A stretch of 64,000 nucleotides of DNA from Macrostomum lignano (Eukaryota), in contig NIVC01002402.1 of the NCBI GenBank assembly GCA_002269645.1, positions 35,291 through 99,290 on the forward strand. The letters are read 5' to 3'. Every line of letters begins with the position of its first letter. The first letter of the stretch is position 1. Made by a program: the position numbers and the translations under genes. Shown here piece by piece: positions 1-24,313 of the stretch. Under the pieces are notes generated by a model. That model saw only the letters and a program-made list of their open reading frames with translations. It was not told where the DNA came from and made no database searches.

Positions 1-3000
1 CTAACTAGCCCTGTCGCTGTCAATATATAGAATTAAATGGAGAGCTTAGAAATGACACTCAATGGGGCTGATATACACAGGTGCAAAGATGACGCAGAGC
101 CGCTACTCTCAGCATCTCTAACTAGCCCTGTCGCTGTCAATATATAGAATTAAATGGAGAGCTTAGAAATGACACTCAATGGGGCTGATATACACAGGTG
201 CAAAGATGACGCAGAGCGCGCTACTCTCAGCATCTCTAACTAGCCCTGTCGCTGTCAATATATAGAATTAAATGGAGAGCTTAGAAATGACACTCAATGG
301 GGCTGATATACACAGGTGCAAAGATGACGCAGAGCCGCTACTCTCAGCATCTCTAACTAGCCCTGTCGCTGTCAATATATAGAATTAAATGGAGAGCTTA
401 GAAATGACACTCAATGGGGCTGATATACACAGGTGCAAAGATGACGCAGAGCCCGCTACTCTCAGCATCTCTAACTAGCCCTGTCGCTGTCAATATATAG
501 AATTAAATGGAGAGCTTAGAAATGACACTCAATGGGGCTGATATACACAGGTGCAAAGATGACGCAGAGCCCGCTACTCTCAGCATCTCTAACTAGCCCT
601 GTCGCTGTCAATATATAGAATTAAATGGAGAGCTTAGAAATGACACTCAATGGGGCTGATATACACAGGTGCAAAGATGACGCAGAGCCCGCTACTCTCA
701 GCATCTCTAACTAGCCCTGTCGCTGTCAATATATAGAATTAAATGGAGAGCTTAGAAATGACACTCAATGGGGCTGATATACACAGGTGCAAAGATGACG
801 CAGAGCCCGCTACTCTCAGCATCTCTAACTAGCCCTGTCGCTGTCAATATATAGAATTAAATGGAGAGCTTAGAAATGACACTCAATGGGGCTGATATAC
901 ACAGGTGCAAAGATGACGCAGAGCCCGCTACTCTCAGCATCTCTAACTAGCCCTGTCGCTGTCAATATATAGAATTAAATGGAGAGCTTAGAAATGACAC
1001 TCAATGGGGCTGATATACACAGGTGCAAAGATGACGCAGAGCCCGCTACTCTCAGCATCTCTAACTAGCCCTGTCGCTGTCAATATATAGAATTAAATGG
1101 AGAGCTTAGAAATGACACTCAATGGGGCTGATATACACAGGTGCAAAGATGACGCAGAGCCCGCTACTCTCAGCATCTCTAACTAGCCCTGTCGCTGTCA
1201 ATATATAGAATTAAATGGAGAGCTTAGAAATGACACTCAATGGGGCTGATATACACAGGTGCAAAGATGACGCAGAGCCCGCTACTCTCAGCATCTCTAA
1301 CTAGCCCTGTCGCTGTCAATATATAGAATTAAATGGAGAGCTTAGAAATGACACTCAATGGGGCTGATATACACAGGTGCAAAGATGACGCAGAGCCCGC
1401 TACTCTCAGCATCTCTAACTAGCCCTGTCGCTGTCAATATATAGAATTAAATGGAGAGCTTAGAAATGACACTCAATGGGGCTGATATACACAGGTGCAA
1501 AGATGACGCAGAGCCCGCTACTCTCAGCATCTCTAACTAGCCCTGTCGCTGTCAATATATAGAATTAAATGGAGAGCTTAGAAATGACACTCAATGGGGC
1601 TGATATACACAGGTGCAAAGATGACGCAGAGCCCGCTACTCTCAGCATCTCTAACTAGCCCTGTCGCTGTCAATATATAGAATTAAATGGAGAGCTTAGA
1701 AATGACACTCAATGGGGCTGATATACACAGGTGCAAAGATGACGCAGAGCCCGCTACTCTCAGCATCTCTAACTAGCCCTGTCGCTGTCAATATATAGAA
1801 TTAAATGGAGAGCTTAGAAATGACACTCAATGGGGCTGATATACACAGGTGCAAAGATGACGCAGAGCCCGCTACTCTCAGCATCTCTAACTAGCCCTGT
1901 CGCTGTCAATATATAGAATTAAATGGAGAGCTTAGAAATGACACTCAATGGGGCTGATATACACAGGTGCAAAGATGACGCAGAGCCCGCTACTCTCAGC
2001 ATCTCTAACTAGCCCTGTCGCTGTCAATATATAGAATTAAATGGAGAGCTTAGAAATGACACTCAATGGGGCTGATATACACAGGTGCAAAGATGACGCA
2101 GAGCCCGCTACTCTCAGCATCTCTAACTAGCCCTGTCGCTGTCAATATATAGAATTAAATGGAGAGCTTAGAAATGACACTCAATGGGGCTGATATACAC
2201 AGGTGCAAAGATGACGCAGAGCCGCGCTACTCTCAGCATCTCTAACTAGCCCTGTCGCTGTCAATATATAGAATTAAATGGAGAGCTTAGAAATGACACT
2301 CAATGGGGCTGATATACACAGGTGCAAAGATGACGCAGAGCCCGCTACTCTCAGCATCTCTAACTAGCCCTGTCGCTGTCAATATATAGAATTAAATGGA
2401 GAGCTTAGAAATGACACTCAATGGGGCTGATATACACAGGTGCAAAGATGACGCAGAGCCCGCTACTCTCAGCATCTCTAACTAGCCCTGTCGCTGTCAA
2501 TATATAGAATTAAATGGAGAGCTTAGAAATGACACTCAATGGGGCTGATATACACAGGTGCAAAGATGACGCAGAGCCCGCTACTCTCAGCATCTCTAAC
2601 TAGCCCTGTCGCTGTCAATATATAGAATTAAATGGAGAGCTTAGAAATGACACTCAATGGGGCTGATATACACAGGTGCAAAGATGACGCAGAGCCCGCT
2701 ACTCTCAGCATCTCTAACTAGCCCTGTCGCTGTCAATATATAGAATTAAATGGAGAGCTTAGAAATGACACTCAATGGGGCTGATATACACAGGTGCAAA
2801 GATGACGCAGAGCCCGCTACTCTCAGCATCTCTAACTAGCCCTGTCGCTGTCAATATATAGAATTAAATGGAGAGCTTAGAAATGACACTCAATGGGGCT
2901 GATATACACAGGTGCAAAGATGACGCAGAGCCCGCTACTCTCAGCATCTCTAACTAGCCCTGTCGCTGTCAATATATAGAATTAAATGGAGAGCTTAGAA

Positions 3001-6000
3001 ATGACACTCAATGGGGCTGATATACACAGGTGCAAAGATGACGCAGAGCCCGCTACTCTCAGCATCTCTAACTAGCCCTGTCGCTGTCAATATATAGAAT
3101 TAAATGGAGAGCTTAGAAATGACACTCAATGGGGCTGATATACACAGGTGCAAAGATGACGCAGAGCCCGCTACTCTCAGCATCTCTAACTAGCCCTGTC
3201 GCTGTCAATATATAGAATTAAATGGAGAGCTTAGAAATGACACTCAATGGGGCTGATATACACAGGTGCAAAGATGACGCAGAGCCCGCTACTCTCAGCA
3301 TCTCTAACTAGCCCTGTCGCTGTCAATATATAGAATTAAATGGAGAGCTTAGAAATGACACTCAATGGGGCTGATATACACAGGTGCAAAGATGACGCAG
3401 AGCCCGCTACTCTCAGCATCTCTAACTAGCCCTGTCGCTGTCAATATATAGAATTAAATGGAGAGCTTAGAAATGACACTCAATGGGGCTGATATACACA
3501 GGTGCAAAGATGACGCAGAGCCCGCTACTCTCAGCATCTCTAACTAGCCCTGTCGCTGTCAATATATAGAATTAAATGGAGAGCTTAGAAATGACACTCA
3601 ATGGGGCTGATATACACAGGTGCAAAGATGACGCAGAGCCCGCTACTCTCAGCATCTCTAACTAGCCCTGTCGCTGTCAATATATAGAATTAAATGGAGA
3701 GCTTAGAAATGACACTCAATGGGGCTGATATACACAGGTGCAAAGATGACGCAGAGCCCGCTACTCTCAGCATCTCTAACTAGCCCTGTCGCTGTCAATA
3801 TATAGAATTAAATGGAGAGCTTAGAAATGACACTCAATGGGGCTGATATACACAGGTGCAAAGATGACGCAGAGCCCGCTACTCTCAGCATCTCTAACTA
3901 GCCCTGTCGCTGTCAATATATAGAATTAAATGGAGAGCTTAGAAATGACACTCAATGGGGCTGATATACACAGGTGCAAAGATGACGCAGAGCCCGCTAC
4001 TCTCAGCATCTCTAACTAGCCCTGTCGCTGTCAATATATAGAATTAAATGGAGAGCTTAGAAATGACACTCAATGGGGCTGATATACACAGGTGCAAAGA
4101 TGACGCAGAGCCCGCTACTCTCAGCATCTCTAACTAGCCCTGTCGCTGTCAATATATAGAATTAAATGGAGAGCTTAGAAATGACACTCAATGGGGCTGA
4201 TATACACAGGTGCAAAGATGACGCAGAGCCCGCTACTCTCAGCATCTCTAACTAGCCCTGTCGCTGTCAATATATAGAATTAAATGGAGAGCTTAGAAAT
4301 GACACTCAATGGGGCTGATATACACAGGTGCAAAGATGACGCAGAGCCCGCTACTCTCAGCATCTCTAACTAGCCCTGTCGCTGTCAATATATAGAATTA
4401 AATGGAGAGCTTAGAAATGACACTCAATGGGGCTGATATACACAGGTGCAAAGATGACGCAGAGCCCGCTACTCTCAGCATCTCTAACTAGCCCTGTCGC
4501 TGTCAATATATAGAATTAAATGGAGAGCTTAGAAATGACACTCAATGGGGCTGATATACACAGGTGCAAAGATGACGCAGAGCCCGCTACTCTCAGCATC
4601 TCTAACTAGCCCTGTCGCTGTCAATATATAGAATTAAATGGAGAGCTTAGAAATGACACTCAATGGGGCTGATATACACAGGTGCAAAGATGACGCAGAG
4701 CCCGCTACTCTCAGCATCTCTAACTAGCCCTGTCGCTGTCAATATATAGAATTAAATGGAGAGCTTAGAAATGACACTCAATGGGGCTGATATACACAGG
4801 TGCAAAGATGACGCAGAGCCCGCTACTCTCAGCATCTCTAACTAGCCCTGTCGCTGTCAATATATAGAATTAAATGGAGAGCTTAGAAATGACACTCAAT
4901 GGGGCTGATATACACAGGTGCAAAGATGACGCAGAGCCCGCTACTCTCAGCATCTCTAACTAGCCCTGTCGCTGTCAATATATAGAATTAAATGGAGAGC
5001 TTAGAAATGACACTCAATGGGGCTGATATACACAGGTGCAAAGATGACGCAGAGCCCGCTACTCTCAGCATCTCTAACTAGCCCTGTCGCTGTCAATATA
5101 TAGAATTAAATGGAGAGCTTAGAAATGACACTCAATGGGGCTGATATACACAGGTGCAAAGATGACGCAGAGCCCGCTACTCTCAGCATCTCTAACTAGC
5201 CCTGTCGCTGTCAATATATAGAATTAAATGGAGAGCTTAGAAATGACACTCAATGGGGCTGATATACACAGGTGCAAAGATGACGCAGAGCCCGCTACTC
5301 TCAGCATCTCTAACTAGCCCTGTCGCTGTCAATATATAGAATTAAATGGAGAGCTTAGAAATGACACTCAATGGGGCTGATATACACAGGTGCAAAGATG
5401 ACGCAGAGCCCGCTACTCTCAGCATCTCTAACTAGCCCTGTCGCTGTCAATATATAGAATTAAATGGAGAGCTTAGAAATGACACTCAATGGGGCTGATA
5501 TACACAGGTGCAAAGATGACGCAGAGCCCGCTACTCTCAGCATCTCTAACTAGCCCTGTCGCTGTCAATATATAGAATTAAATGGAGAGCTTAGAAATGA
5601 CACTCAATGGGGCTGATATACACAGGTGCAAAGATGACGCAGAGCCCGCTACTCTCAGCATCTCTAACTAGCCCTGTCGCTGTCAATATATAGAATTAAA
5701 TGGAGAGCTTAGAAATGACACTCAATGGGGCTGATATACACAGGTGCAAAGATGACGCAGAGCCCGCTACTCTCAGCATCTCTAACTAGCCCTGTCGCTG
5801 TCAATATATAGAATTAAATGGAGAGCTTAGAAATGACACTCAATGGGGCTGATATACACAGGTGCAAAGATGACGCAGAGCCCGCTACTCTCAGCATCTC
5901 TAACTAGCCCTGTCGCTGTCAATATATAGAATTAAATGGAGAGCTTAGAAATGACACTCAATGGGGCTGATATACACAGGTGCAAAGATGACGCAGAGCC

Positions 6001-9000
6001 CGCTACTCTCAGCATCTCTAACTAGCCCTGTCGCTGTCAATATATAGAATTAAATGGAGAGCTTAGAAATGACACTCAATGGGGCTGATATACACAGGTG
6101 CAAAGATGACGCAGAGCCCGCTACTCTCAGCATCTCTAACTAGCCCTGTCGCTGTCAATATATAGAATTAAATGGAGAGCTTAGAAATGACACTCAATGG
6201 GGCTGATATACACAGGTGCAAAGATGACGCAGAGCCCGCTACTCTCAGCATCTCTAACTAGCCCTGTCGCTGTCAATATATAGAATTAAATGGAGAGCTT
6301 AGAAATGACACTCAATGGGGCTGATATACACAGGTGCAAAGATGACGCAGAGCCCGCTACTCTCAGCATCTCTAACTAGCCCTGTCGCTGTCAATATATA
6401 GAATTAAATGGAGAGCTTAGAAATGACACTCAATGGGGCTGATATACACAGGTGCAAAGATGACGCAGAGCCCGCTACTCTCAGCATCTCTAACTAGCCC
6501 TGTCGCTGTCAATATATAGAATTAAATGGAGAGCTTAGAAATGACACTCAATGGGGCTGATATACACAGGTGCAAAGATGACGCAGAGCCCGCTACTCTC
6601 AGCATCTCTAACTAGCCCTGTCGCTGTCAATATATAGAATTAAATGGAGAGCTTAGAAATGACACTCAATGGGGCTGATATACACAGGTGCAAAGATGAC
6701 GCAGAGCCCGCTACTCTCAGCATCTCTAACTAGCCCTGTCGCTGTCAATATATAGAATTAAATGGAGAGCTTAGAAATGACACTCAATGGGGCTGATATA
6801 CACAGGTGCAAAGATGACGCAGAGCCCGCTACTCTCAGCATCTCTAACTAGCCCTGTCGCTGTCAATATATAGAATTAAATGGAGAGCTTAGAAATGACA
6901 CTCAATGGGGCTGATATACACAGGTGCAAAGATGACGCAGAGCCCGCTACTCTCAGCATCTCTAACTAGCCCTGTCGCTGTCAATATATAGAATTAAATG
7001 GAGAGCTTAGAAATGACACTCAATGGGGCTGATATACACAGGTGCAAAGATGACGCAGAGCCCGCTACTCTCAGCATCTCTAACTAGCCCTGTCGCTGTC
7101 AATATATAGAATTAAATGGAGAGCTTAGAAATGACACTCAATGGGGCTGATATACACAGGTGCAAAGATGACGCAGAGCCCGCTACTCTCAGCATCTCTA
7201 ACTAGCCCTGTCGCTGTCAATATATAGAATTAAATGGAGAGCTTAGAAATGACACTCAATGGGGCTGATATACACAGGTGCAAAGATGACGCAGAGCCCG
7301 CTACTCTCAGCATCTCTAACTAGCCCTGTCGCTGTCAATATATAGAATTAAATGGAGAGCTTAGAAATGACACTCAATGGGGCTGATATACACAGGTGCA
7401 AAGATGACGCAGAGCCCGCTACTCTCAGCATCTCTAACTAGCCCTGTCGCTGTCAATATATAGAATTAAATGGAGAGCTTAGAAATGACACTCAATGGGG
7501 CTGATATACACAGGTGCAAAGATGACGCAGAGCCCGCTACTCTCAGCATCTCTAACTAGCCCTGTCGCTGTCAATATATAGAATTAAATGGAGAGCTTAG
7601 AAATGACACTCAATGGGGCTGATATACACAGGTGCAAAGATGACGCAGAGCCCGCTACTCTCAGCATCTCTAACTAGCCCTGTCGCTGTCAATATATAGA
7701 ATTAAATGGAGAGCTTAGAAATGACACTCAATGGGGCTGATATACACAGGTGCAAAGATGACGCAGAGCCCGCTACTCTCAGCATCTCTAACTAGCCCTG
7801 TCGCTGTCAATATATAGAATTAAATGGAGAGCTTAGAAATGACACTCAATGGGGCTGATATACACAGGTGCAAAGATGACGCAGAGCCCGCTACTCTCAG
7901 CATCTCTAACTAGCCCTGTCGCTGTCAATATATAGAATTAAATGGAGAGCTTAGAAATGACACTCAATGGGGCTGATATACACAGGTGCAAAGATGACGC
8001 AGAGCCCGCTACTCTCAGCATCTCTAACTAGCCCTGTCGCTGTCAATATATAGAATTAAATGGAGAGCTTAGAAATGACACTCAATGGGGCTGATATACA
8101 CAGGTGCAAAGATGACGCAGAGCCCGCTACTCTCAGCATCTCTAACTAGCCCTGTCGCTGTCAATATATAGAATTAAATGGAGAGCTTAGAAATGACACT
8201 CAATGGGGCTGATATACACAGGTGCAAAGATGACGCAGAGCCCGCTACTCTCAGCATCTCTAACTAGCCCTGTCGCTGTCAATATATAGAATTAAATGGA
8301 GAGCTTAGAAATGACACTCAATGGGGCTGATATACACAGGTGCAAAGATGACGCAGAGCCCGCTACTCTCAGCATCTCTAACTAGCCCTGTCGCTGTCAA
8401 TATATAGAATTAAATGGAGAGCTTAGAAATGACACTCAATGGGGCTGATATACACAGGTGCAAAGATGACGCAGAGCCCGCTACTCTCAGCATCTCTAAC
8501 TAGCCCTGTCGCTGTCAATATATAGAATTAAATGGAGAGCTTAGAAATGACACTCAATGGGGCTGATATACACAGGTGCAAAGATGACGCAGAGCCCGCT
8601 ACTCTCAGCATCTCTAACTAGCCCTGTCGCTGTCAATATATAGAATTAAATGGAGAGCTTAGAAATGACACTCAATGGGGCTGATATACACAGGTGCAAA
8701 GATGACGCAGAGCCCGCTACTCTCAGCATCTCTAACTAGCCCTGTCGCTGTCAATATATAGAATTAAATGGAGAGCTTAGAAATGACACTCAATGGGGCT
8801 GATATACACAGGTGCAAAGATGACGCAGAGCCCGCTACTCTCAGCATCTCTAACTAGCCCTGTCGCTGTCAATATATAGAATTAAATGGAGAGCTTAGAA
8901 ATGACACTCAATGGGGCTGATATACACAGGTGCAAAGATGACGCAGAGCCCGCTACTCTCAGCATCTCTAACTAGCCCTGTCGCTGTCAATATATAGAAT

Positions 9001-11650
9001 TAAATGGAGAGCTTAGAAATGACACTCAATGGGGCTGATATACACAGGTGCAAAGATGACGCAGAGCCCGCTACTCTCAGCATCTCTAACTAGCCCTGTC
9101 GCTGTCAATATATAGAATTAAATGGAGAGCTTAGAAATGACACTCAATGGGGCTGATATACACAGGTGCAAAGATGACGCAGAGCCCGCTACTCTCAGCA
9201 TCTCTAACTAGCCCTGTCGCTGTCAATATATAGAATTAAATGGAGAGCTTAGAAATGACACTCAATGGGGCTGATATACACAGGTGCAAAGATGACGCAG
9301 AGCCCGCTACTCTCAGCATCTCTAACTAGCCCTGTCGCTGTCAATATATAGAATTAAATGGAGAGCTTAGAAATGACACTCAATGGGGCTGATATACACA
9401 GGTGCAAAGATGACGCAGAGCCCGCTACTCTCAGCATCTCTAACTAGCCCTGTCGCTGTCAATATATAGAATTAAATGGAGAGCTTAGAAATGACACTCA
9501 ATGGGGCTGATATACACAGGTGCAAAGATGACGCAGAGCCCGCTACTCTCAGCATCTCTAACTAGCCCTGTCGCTGTCAATATATAGAATTAAATGGAGA
9601 GCTTAGAAATGACACTCAATGGGGCTGATATACACAGGTGCAAAGATGACGCAGAGCCCGCTACTCTCAGCATCTCTAACTAGCCCTGTCGCTGTCAATA
9701 TATAGAATTAAATGGAGAGCTTAGAAATGACACTCAATGGGGCTGATATACACAGGTGCAAAGATGACGCAGAGCCCGCTACTCTCAGCATCTCTAACTA
9801 GCCCTGTCGCTGTCAATATATAGAATTAAATGGAGAGCTTAGAAATGACACTCAATGGGGCTGATATACACAGGTGCAAAGATGACGCAGAGCCCGCTAC
9901 TCTCAGCATCTCTAACTAGCCCTGTCGCTGTCAATATATAGAATTAAATGGAGAGCTTAGAAATGACACTCAATGGGGCTGATATACACAGGTGCAAAGA
10001 TGACGCAGAGCCCGCTACTCTCAGCATCTCTAACTAGCCCTGTCGCTGTCAATATATAGAATTAAATGGAGAGCTTAGAAATGACACTCAATGGGGCTGA
10101 TATACACAGGTGCAAAGATGACGCAGAGCCCGCTACTCTCAGCATCTCTAACTAGCCCTGTCGCTGTCAATATATAGAATTAAATGGAGAGCTTAGAAAT
10201 GACACTCAATGGGGCTGATATACACAGGTGCAAAGATGACGCAGAGCCCGCTACTCTCAGCATCTCTAACTAGCCCTGTCGCTGTCAATATATAGAATTA
10301 AATGGAGAGCTTAGAAATGACACTCAATGGGGCTGATATACACAGGTGCAAAGATGACGCAGAGCCCGCTACTCTCAGCATCTCTAACTAGCCCTGTCGC
10401 TGTCAATATATAGAATTAAATGGAGAGCTTAGAAATGACACTCAATGGGGCTGATATACACAGGTGCAAAGATGACGCAGAGCCCGCTACTCTCAGCATC
10501 TCTAACTAGCCCTGTCGCTGTCAATATATAGAATTAAATGGAGAGCTTAGAAATGACACTCAATGGGGCTGATATACACAGGTGCAAAGATGACGCAGAG
10601 CCCGCTACTCTCAGCATCTCTAACTAGCCCTGTCGCTGTCAATATATAGAATTAAATGGAGAGCTTAGAAATGACACTCAATGGGGCTGATATACACAGG
10701 TGCAAAGATGACGCAGAGCCCGCTACTCTCAGCATCTCTAACTAGCCCTGTCGCTGTCAATATATAGAATTAAATGGAGAGCTTAGAAATGACACTCAAT
10801 GGGGCTGATATACACAGGTGCAAAGATGACGCAGAGCCCGCTACTCTCAGCATCTCTAACTAGCCCTGTCGCTGTCAATATATAGAATTAAATGGAGAGC
10901 TTAGAAATGACACTCAATGGGGCTGATATACACAGGTGCAAAGATGACGCAGAGCCCGCTACTCTCAGCATCTCTAACTAGCCCTGTCGCTGTCAATATA
11001 TAGAATTAAATGGAGAGCTTAGAAATGACACTCAATGGGGCTGATATACACAGGTGCAAAGATGACGCAGAGCCCGCTACTCTCAGCATCTCTAACTAGC
11101 CCTGTCGCTGTCAATATATAGAATTAAATGGAGAGCTTAGAAATGACACTCAATGGGGCTGATATACACAGGTGCAAAGATGACGCAGAGCCCGCTACTC
11201 TCAGCATCTCTAACTAGCCCTGTCGCTGTCAATATATAGAATTAAATGGAGAGCTTAGAAATGACACTCAATGGGGCTGATATACACAGGTGCAAAGATG
11301 ACGCAGAGCCCGCTACTCTCAGCATCTCTAACTAGCCCTGTCGCTGTCAATATATAGAATTAAATGGAGAGCTTAGAAATGACACTCAATGGGGCTGATA
11401 TACACAGGTGCAAAGATGACGCAGAGCCCGCTACTCTCAGCATCTCTAACTAGCCCTGTCGCTGTCAATATATAGAATTAAATGGAGAGCTTAGAAATGA
11501 CACTCAATGGGGCTGATATACACAGGTGCAAAGATGACGCAGAGCCCGCTACTCTCAGCATCTCTAACTAGCCCTGTCGCTGTCAATATATAGAATTAAA
11601 TGGAGAGCTTAGAAATGACACTCAATGGGGCTGATATACGCAGGTGCAAA
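1..11650. repeat. 118-bp tandem satellite array, about 99 copies, running off the window start
   Basis: Unit CTAACTAGCCCTGTCGCTGTCAATATATAGAATTAAATGGAGAGCTTAGAAATGACACTCAATGGGGCTGATATACACAGGTGCAAAGATGACGCAGAGCCCGCTACTCTCAGCATCT. The register shifts 2 nt per 120 nt, giving a period of 118. The array ends mid-unit at ...CAGGTGCAAA (11650). Confidence 0.99.
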
Positions 11651-12217
11651 TATTGTTATTTACATAGTTATTTGAATAACTATAACTTCAAATAGTTTTT
11701 CGAAGGATTGTAGTTTTGTCTCTTGAAGTCTAATATGTGTCTTTGTTTTTCTCCTTAAAGTAGTGTATCTGATTTTAGCTTTATTTTTGTTGGGATAGGG
11801 AAAATCTTGTGTTGTTTTATTGGTTTAAGTTTCGTCATTTTTTATATGGGGTATATTTAGAATATATCCTTTTTTGAAACGGTAATTTTTTGCGCGTCAT
11901 TTTTAGTTACTTAGAGGATATATTCGATTGTGTCATTTCTACATTCTGCGTCATCCAAACGCCCCGGTTGGTGACCAATTTGATTGCCGGCGAGGTGGCT
12001 TATGATTTTCTGTTTGAGAAAAGTTGTATCTGGAAGGATATGAAATCTAGACAGAAATTCATCCACTGCGTTGTCATGGCAACTAATGGCTGGGTTGTGT
12101 TTTCTGATGGGGTCTTTTTTATCGTCTTGCATTCTCGACTTGGTGAGTTTTTGTCCTAAAGCATCTGCGCGCTTCACTCTAATGTGTCCGCGAGTCTGAG
12201 AGGAATTTCCCTGGAAA

Positions 12218-12560
<343 letters not shown>

Positions 12561-13144
12561 GATTGAAGAACACCTAAGCTACAAAGTTTAGTCCCTTCAG
12601 CGCAGATGGCTCAAACTGCACTGTTAACAAAAGAAGCAGAAATCGAGTGCACATTTATTTCATTCCAAAAGGTCTTCAAAATAGCTATAGGAGTTGAAAA
12701 ATGACAGTCTTTCACAATTTTAGGCCCCAGAAACCTTGTTGAGCATGAAAAAATGTTGAGCATGCAGCAGCGGCAGTAGCCAGGCGGCTGTAAAAAAACT
12801 TGCGCTCGTAAAATCAAGAGAAAAAGCAGAAATTGCAGAGAAGCAAGCAGTAGGCGGCTGCAGTAGAATGAGCTGTACACAAGGATGTGATCGCGCGGAT
12901 TGCTTCAACACCTTCGCCTCCAGAGCTTACAAATTAATACATGTGACAGTACTAAATATTTATTGAATGGGGAAGTTTCCAGTTCCAATTCGTGAGCGAA
13001 AATATGAGGAAGAAGACAGTTTGAACTCAGCAGGCGCGAATTAGTTAGAATTCGAGACAACCGCCAGCAGGCAAAGTGTCACTGCTGACCGCCTGCTGAG
13101 AAGGCTTGGCCAGTCACCGATGAAGCTGCGGATGCTGCAGCGCC

Positions 13145-20020
<6,876 letters not shown>

Positions 20021-20499
20021 CTGGTCCAATTATCAGTGAAGGCAGCGGCGCGGGCAGAGAGAGGCAACTGGTAGGAAAAATTCGGACCAAAGGCCTCATC
20101 AGTCAATGGTTTCAGTGATAGTAGTGTGCGCCGCCTCTTGTTGGGGGGGGGGGGGCGCAGCGGCCCCGCTTAGTCAGTCCAGTCCGCTGACAAATGACCC
20201 CCGCATCCAGGGGCTTCGGTGTTGGACTGACTTCCACTGCTGGTGGAGATAGCCAGCGGAGGAGTGAAAGAGGAGAGATGCTTTGCAAGCAAGCAAACTT
20301 CTTGCTTTTGCAAAGTAATGCTTTCAAGACTGCCCAGTCCTCCTGCTTGTTTTGCCGCCAAAGAGCGAAAACAAACGATCCCGACGTTGAGGGAGAAAAT
20401 GCGTTCTAACAAAGTGGATTCCAATTGGAGAAATCGGAGAATGGAACTCAACAGGGTCTTCTTACATTCGTATGTTGCGTCTGGGTAGCTGGTGGAGTT

Positions 20500-20845
20500 T
20501 CCTGTCTTGTCCTGTCCTGTCCTGTCCTGTCCTGCCCTGTCCTGCCCCTGTCCTGTCCTGTCTTGTCCTGTGTCCTGTCCTGTCCTGTCCTGCCCTGTCC
20601 TGTCCTGTCCTGTCCTGTCCTGTCCTGTCCTGTCCTGTCCTGTCCTGCCCCTGTCCTGTCCTGTCCTGTCCTGTCCTGTCCTGTCCTGTCCTGTCCTGTC
20701 CTGTCCTGTCCTGTCCTGTCCTGTCCTGTCCTGTCCTGTCCTATCCTGTCCTGCCCTGTCCTGTCCTGTCCTGCCCCTGTCCTGTCCTGTCCTGTCCTCC
20801 TTTCCTGTCCTGTCTGTCCTGTCCTGTCCTGTCCTCAACTGTCCT
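20500..20845. repeat. (TCCTG)n microsatellite
   Basis: Direct reading. Confidence 0.95.
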
Positions 20846-21469
20846 GCTTCACATTAAAGGGCGAGTTTGAAACCCATTTGCACTCTGTGTGTGAACTGCT
20901 TTCCAGAGTACAATTTCATCTGCACAACTAGCCACTTTCCCATGCACTGACGCCACACATCTTATTTTGTGCTCTTTTCCATGAACGGTAACAGTCGGAT
21001 GGGTACAGCTTGCAAACACCCGAGCCCTTGGGCATTAGAGAACCAGTTCTCAGACAGGCAAAGCTGTCATGTACTTCTAAGTGTAACAATTGCTTGCACA
21101 GCACTGATTGAAACTGTATTTGACCAAAACGGAGTTGAGGCACATCGAACTTGTAGCCAGCCGAGAACCGAACGACACAAAAATTTCTCATGATGCAAGA
21201 TAAACAAAAAAGAAGGTGCTGAACGGCTTGCGCAAATATTGGTACATTAAGGATAGGAAAATGTGCAAGTGAATGTTTTACGAAACAAGCTGTGAAACAT
21301 GCCAGCAGTGAAGCCAGGATTGAATATGATCGAACGCACACTGTAAAGCTGATTGTGTGCTTGAATTTGAACAGCCTTTGAGTAGAAAATTCTTATTAAA
21401 AAGCCAATCAATTCAGACAAGCTGTAAATTATAAATTTTTGCGATTTTCCGGCATGGAATGAGTGGGAG

Positions 21470-21725
21470 GGAGCGGAGAGGGGGAGCGGTGAGGGGGAGC
21501 GGTGAGGGAGAGCGGTGAGGGGGAGCGGTGAGGGAGAGAGGAGAGGGTGAGAGGAGAGGGGGAGCGGAGAGGGAGAGCGGTGAGGGGGAGCGGTGAGGGA
21601 GAGCGGTGAGGGGGAGCGGTGAGGGAGAGCGGTGAGGGGGAGCGGAGAGGGGGAGAAGATAGGCAGAGTGGAGAGAGAGAGAGCGGAGAGGGAGAAAGGA
21701 GAGGGGGGCGGTGAGAGGGAGTGAT
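21470..21725. repeat. Purine-rich ~13-bp repeat (GAGGGGGAGCGGT)
   Basis: Direct reading. Confidence 0.85.
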
Positions 21726-21887
21726 GAGGGTTAGGGTTAGGTTAGGTCAGTTTAAGCAATCAAGATCAGCAATCAGTTGTCAGCAACCAAAAGCCAGCAG
21801 CTGCATGCAGAGCAGAGCACATACAGCTATAATAGGTTATCAGGTTAACTTTTTTAGTTATAAAAATTAGCTGCCGCTTTCAGTCGC

Positions 21888-24313
<2,426 letters not shown>

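Noticed and set aside
1-11650. CRISPR array, 5S rDNA, spliced-leader RNA or hammerhead-ribozyme satellite
   Set aside because: No variable spacers. No resemblance to 5S rRNA or Pol III boxes. No Sm site or donor arrangement I can recognise. CTGATAT and CTGAGAG do not match the CUGANGA hammerhead core.
21727-21746. Interstitial telomere-like GGGTTAGGGTTAGG (also at ~55778)
   Set aside because: Only 2-3 units, too short to infer a fusion or healing site.
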